DNA of 63,286 nucleotides, counting the filler, from Craspedostauros australis (Eukaryota): the NCBI GenBank assembly GCA_030167865.1. It is 4 parts of 4 records of this genome, joined end to end, with 100 filler letters (N's around TTAATTAATTAA, not from the genome) between each part and the next. Parts side by side here need not be neighbours in the genome. Positions count along the whole stretch, not along the records: positions 55,351 to 60,375 come from JALAGF010004050.1; positions 60,476 to 63,286 come from JALAGF010004051.1; 2 more parts are not named here. The stretch is one strand, 5' to 3'. The notes under the pieces were generated by a model, which was not told where the DNA came from, did not search any database, and worked only from the letters and a program-made list of their open reading frames with translations. Positions 59,401 to 63,286 of this stretch are shown here, one piece after another; positions within the stretch are counted from its first letter, which is position 1, and each line of letters starts with the position of its first letter. The position numbers and the translations under genes were made by a program.

Positions 59401-60375
59401 CTGGACGTCGGATTCACCAGAAGCAAGGTGGACGAGTGCGTCTACTATCATGGCAAAACCATGTTCCTGGTGTACGTGGACGACGGAATCCTGGCCGGCC
59501 CCAGCTCGGAAGAGATCGACAGACTGCTCGCTCAACTCAAGCAGCGGTTCAACATCACGGACGAAGGGGACCTGTCGGACTACCTGGGTGTGCACGTCAC
59601 TCACCTGGAAGACGGACGCATCAAGCTCTCGCAGCCACACCTCATCGACCAAATCATCAAAGACGTCAACTTTCGGCCCAACACCAGACCGAGAGACTCG
59701 CCTGCGCTGACCACGAAGATACTGGAGGCTGATGAGGACGGAGAGGAGCACAACGCAACCTGGAGCTACCGGTCAGTCATCGGCAAGCTCAACTTCCTGG
59801 AGAAGTCCACTCGAGGGGAGATTGGGTATGCGGTGCACCAAGCCGCCCGATTCAGTGCCAACCCAAAGAAGTCACACACTCAGGCAATCCACCTCATTGT
59901 GCGATACTTGATGGCAACCAGAGACGAAGGGATCATTCTGGATCCAAACGACAAGGCATTCGAGTGCTTTGCTGATGCTGATTTCGCCGGACTGTGGAAC
60001 AAAGACACCGCAAGAGACGACTCGGCCACTGCACGGTCCAGAACCGGCTACCTGATTCGATTTGCTGGATGCCCAATTGCATGGGCCTCCCGCTTGCAGA
60101 CAGAGATCGCTTTGAGCACAACTGAAGCTGAAGTGATTGCATTGTCCACTGCTTTGCGCGACGTGATTCCAATGATGAACCTCATGAGCGAGATGTGCGA
60201 CAACGAGATTGTACCAGAGAAGTACAAGCCACGAGTGTACTGCAACGCGTTCGAAGACAACTCAGGAGCCTACGAGATCGCAAAGTTCCCAAAGATGCGC
60301 CCCAGAACGAAGCACATCAACATCAAATACCATCACTTCCGATCATACGTGGATCGCAAACTCATCGAGATCTAC
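56413..60375 (+). CDS. pol: Retrotransposon Pol (protease, integrase, reverse transcriptase, RNase H), 3'-truncated; same frame as gag
   Basis: Protease AVDNCAT. Integrase HYKLGH...CASC and DDE residues (SVDQ, HADNG, NGVAEK). RT KARLNVHG, QIDFVLAY, LYGQKQAG and YVDD. RNase H FADADFA, STTEAE and RTKHINIKYH. No internal stop over ~1320 codons. Confidence 0.95.
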
Positions 60376-60475
60376 NNNNNNNNNNNNNNNNNNNNNNNNN
60401 NNNNNNNNNNNNNNNNNNNTTAATTAATTAANNNNNNNNNNNNNNNNNNNNNNNNNNNNNNNNNNNNNNNNNNNN
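60376..60475. other. Assembly gap with artificial TTAATTAATTAA linker
   Basis: N block with central ttaattaattaa. Confidence 0.97.
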
Positions 60476-60777
60476 AGATCATCACATTTTCACCACAGAA
60501 AACAACTTTTCATCAATCGCCAGCCGTGACATGACGACCGCAGAGCGATGACGCCCCTGACGGATCATGAGCGCAGATGTCCCACAAGGGTCAACGTGAT
60601 AGCATTACCAAAAGCAGGTGTCAACTGTCTCCGGTGCCGCCAGCAAAACCAGCCTCGCCTTCAGCGCTTCTCTGTTTGGACTCCCCTCTCTGTCGGGAAA
60701 TGAATCGAACAGCTTCACTCCCTGTCTCAAACTTCCGTCAGCATGGAAAAGAAATTGGTATCAAGAGCAAGAGCGTC

Positions 60778-60819
60778 AGGGTGCGAGCAAGGGTGCGAGC
60801 AAGGGTGCGAGCAAGGGTG
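60778..60819. repeat. 12-bp tandem repeat (AGGGTGCGAGCA)x3.5
   Basis: Perfect copies ~360-400 nt upstream of the DAACS ATG. Confidence 0.93.
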
Positions 60820-61178
60820 TGTGAAAGTCTGCGAGAGTGTGTGAGAACCAGAGAGTGCGAAACCTCTTCCTCCTTGACGTGCGATCCATCCGTTTGGGCA
60901 ATCAAGAAACAGCCAGCAATCGCGCGATCGGGCGAGTAATCATCTATCACTGCAATCGATTGTGGCTGTCGATGACGGTGATCGATTACGGTAATCGATC
61001 GCACAGATGGCTGAGCGATCGTAGAGGCGATCATAGTATCGCACTGCGATCATTGAAGCGATCAAGCCAAGCTGCAGACAGAACATCGCATTTCGAGGTT
61101 TGGTGTCAGATCAAAAGCTCATAAAATCAACCAACGGTGAATCGAAACACCACATCGTCAACCAAGGCAAGCAGCATC

Positions 61179-62852
61179 ATGGCAGAAGAACAAACCAAAC
61201 AAAACGACAACACTATGGCCGACACTGTCGTCAAGACAGATCCAGATGCAAGCCCGGCCCTCCGCCCCGCACCAGTCCAGGCATCGCTGGATGACATTGG
61301 GAGCATCGCAGAGATGCCGCCTGCCGGATGCGGCATCATGGCCCGATATCCAGTCCTCTCCGTCCTTATCTTTGCCAGCGTGGGCATCGGAACTGGGGTC
61401 GGTCTGAGCTACTGGGAGCCAGACGATCCATGTGACAAGGAGGTCACCCTCAAGTGGCTTGGCCTGATCGGTGACATGTTCATCAGAGCCCTCAAGGCCA
61501 TCGTCTTGCCGCTGGTCTTCATCAACGTCGTCATCTCCGTCGTCGACATGATGAGCCTCGGCCGCGCAAGTTCCATCGGATGGACGACGATCGGTCTCTA
61601 CCTTGTCACCACCATCGTCGCCTCCATCGTCGGCATCGTCTCCATCGTTTCCTTCGATGGTCTCTTCAACGAAGACAGCTTCGACGACGACGACGATGCC
61701 CGCATGTCCTTCGGATGCAACAAGGAAGGCTTCTTCATCACAGAACAGAGCGATGGTTCACTCATGTGCATGGAAGGATCTGGCGACAACATCGACTTCC
61801 TCGTCGATGACATCTCCGCCACCTTCGTGACCAAGAGCAGCGGTGCCCGTGACGACATCAGTCTGTCGGATACCATCTACGACGGTATCTTCACCAAGCT
61901 CATCACCTCCAACATCTTCACTTCCTTCAACTCGGCGAACTTCGCAGCCGTCGTGGTTTTCGCCATCGCCTTTGGCTCTGCCTTGGGCCAGGTCCTCAAC
62001 GATCGTGTTGATGGCAACACCGCTCTCAGCCACATCATCAAGCTCTTCAAGGAGCTAGATGGTGTCTTCCTCAAGCTCATCAACTGGGTCATCATGCTGA
62101 CGCCATTCGCTGTCTTCTCGCTCATCGTGCGTGCCATCGGCAATCAAGATGACCTCGCCAAGGCATTCGAGAACGTGGGGTACCTCGTGGTCGCCACCAT
62201 GGTCGCAATGCTCTTCCATTTCTGCATCGTCCATGTCGGTCTCCTTGCCCTCATCCGCAAGAAGAATCCGTTCACCTACCTCCAGAAGCTCGTCCCCGCG
62301 CAGACCATGGCCTTCGCGTGCGCAAGCTCCGCCGCCACCATCCCCATGACGCTCCGCTGCGTCCAAAGCACAGGAGAAGTCCCAGATTCCATCGGCCGCT
62401 TCGTCGTTCCGCTGGGCGCCACCATCAACATGGATGGTGGCGCTATCTACTTCTCATGCGCGTGCATCTGGCTGGCTGTCCTCAACGGAGTCGACATCGA
62501 TGAATCTGCCTACGTCCTGCTTGTCATCATCGCTACTATCGGTTCGGCCGGAACGGCACCGGTGCCATCCGCATCGCTGGTTCTCATCATCACCGCATAC
62601 AACACCGTGTTCAACGCATCCGGCACCCCGGACGGCTTCGAGTACATCCTGGCCATCGACTGGTTCATGGACCGCCTCCGTACTGTCCTCAATGTCACCG
62701 GTGACGGTGTGGTGACAGGCTTGGTTTCTGCCTTGGCCCCCTTGGACGCCCTTGAACACCTTGAGATCCCTGGCGACCTAGACGCTGGCATGCCCAAAGA
62801 CAAGGTGCTCGACAGTGAGGATTCCGGTGAGGAAGAGGCCAGCAGCCCATGA
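61179..62852 (+). CDS. Dicarboxylate/amino acid:cation symporter (DAACS/SLC1), probably an acidic amino acid transporter, 557 aa
   Basis: Motifs FIRALKAIVLPLV, AFACASSAATIP (HP1), VPLGATINMDG (TM7), SAGTAPVP (HP2) and DWFMDRLRTVLNVTGD (TM8, retaining the substrate-binding Arg of GltPh/EAAT). Confidence 0.93.
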   Translation: MAEEQTKQNDNTMADTVVKTDPDASPALRPAPVQASLDDIGSIAEMPPAGCGIMARYPVLSVLIFASVGIGTGVGLSYWEPDDPCDKEVTLKWLGLIGDMFIRALKAIVLPLVFINVVISVVDMMSLGRASSIGWTTIGLYLVTTIVASIVGIVSIVSFDGLFNEDSFDDDDDARMSFGCNKEGFFITEQSDGSLMCMEGSGDNIDFLVDDISATFVTKSSGARDDISLSDTIYDGIFTKLITSNIFTSFNSANFAAVVVFAIAFGSALGQVLNDRVDGNTALSHIIKLFKELDGVFLKLINWVIMLTPFAVFSLIVRAIGNQDDLAKAFENVGYLVVATMVAMLFHFCIVHVGLLALIRKKNPFTYLQKLVPAQTMAFACASSAATIPMTLRCVQSTGEVPDSIGRFVVPLGATINMDGGAIYFSCACIWLAVLNGVDIDESAYVLLVIIATIGSAGTAPVPSASLVLIITAYNTVFNASGTPDGFEYILAIDWFMDRLRTVLNVTGDGVVTGLVSALAPLDALEHLEIPGDLDAGMPKDKVLDSEDSGEEEASSP

Positions 62853-63286
62853 GCCTTCACTTTCATGTTGAATCACCCCCTTGTGCGCCAGCCCCCGCAG
62901 ATCTCGCCCAACAGAGAGGTCTTCTTTGATTGGGAAGGCATCGTCTGGAAGCGGCGCGGCGCCACGGCATACACAAACAATTCCTAAATAATATTCCTCT
63001 GTTTCGAAGTGATTGCAACTTATCGTTTTTGTCATCGGTTCGATGCGGTGCTGTAGTGGGCAACTTGGGAGCTGCGGGAGATACCCTTCCCAGTCGCCTC
63101 CCACCCTGGTCTAACGCATCCTTGTTGACCTTCGGTACCCATCGCAGTACCATCAATAATTGATATACTAGTGTCTGTAGATACCATTTAAACCGTACCA
63201 TCGTATCAGAGGACAGCATCTCCACATTTAGGACTCACTTGAGTGACGGGACCTGCAGTCGGTCCTGGGGGGGGGGGGGGGGGGGG

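Larger units (their letters stand above)
55351..60375 (+). mobile_element. Ty1/copia LTR retrotransposon (diatom CoDi-like), internal region, truncated at both ends by gaps
   Basis: Domain order gag-PR-IN-RT-RH (copia order) fills the whole contig. LTRs, PBS and PPT are not visible. Confidence 0.95.

Noticed and set aside
63267..63286. Terminal poly-G run
   Set aside because: At the sequence end; probably a sequencing artefact and cannot be evaluated.

Overview
Eukaryotic nuclear DNA, most likely from a diatom (inferred from GT-AG introns of ~220-565 nt, an ASAFAP-type plastid presequence, a CoDi-like copia gag and families typical of diatoms; the species cannot be determined here). The window is four contigs joined by artificial N-TTAATTAATTAA-N linkers (25121-25220, 55251-55350, 60376-60475), so adjacency across them is unproven. 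I reconstructed about 21 host protein-coding genes, 12 of them with hand-resolved, frame-consistent introns. They include a COG3899-like ATPase/TPR protein (5'-truncated), a 2OG-Fe(II) hydroxylase-sulfotransferase fusion, a GH3 glucosidase, a Cys-repeat membrane protein, a secreted MsrB-like protein, RPT4, a zf-HIT protein, a Trx-like 2Fe-2S/TPR protein, a PLAC8 protein, an SDR, mevalonate kinase, a 1468-aa EAK-rich protein, DUF1653, SNF8, a plastid ABCB half-transporter, uL13m, GT92, MenA and a DAACS/SLC1 symporter. A Ty1/copia retrotransposon has no frame disruptions in its visible part but is truncated at both ends by gaps. The top signal is the copia gag/pol junction: same frame, a single TGA, a GC-rich hairpin starting 7 nt downstream (candidate programmed readthrough), then a two-helix hydrophobic segment before the protease. 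Domain calls rest on recognised motifs; no database searches were run.
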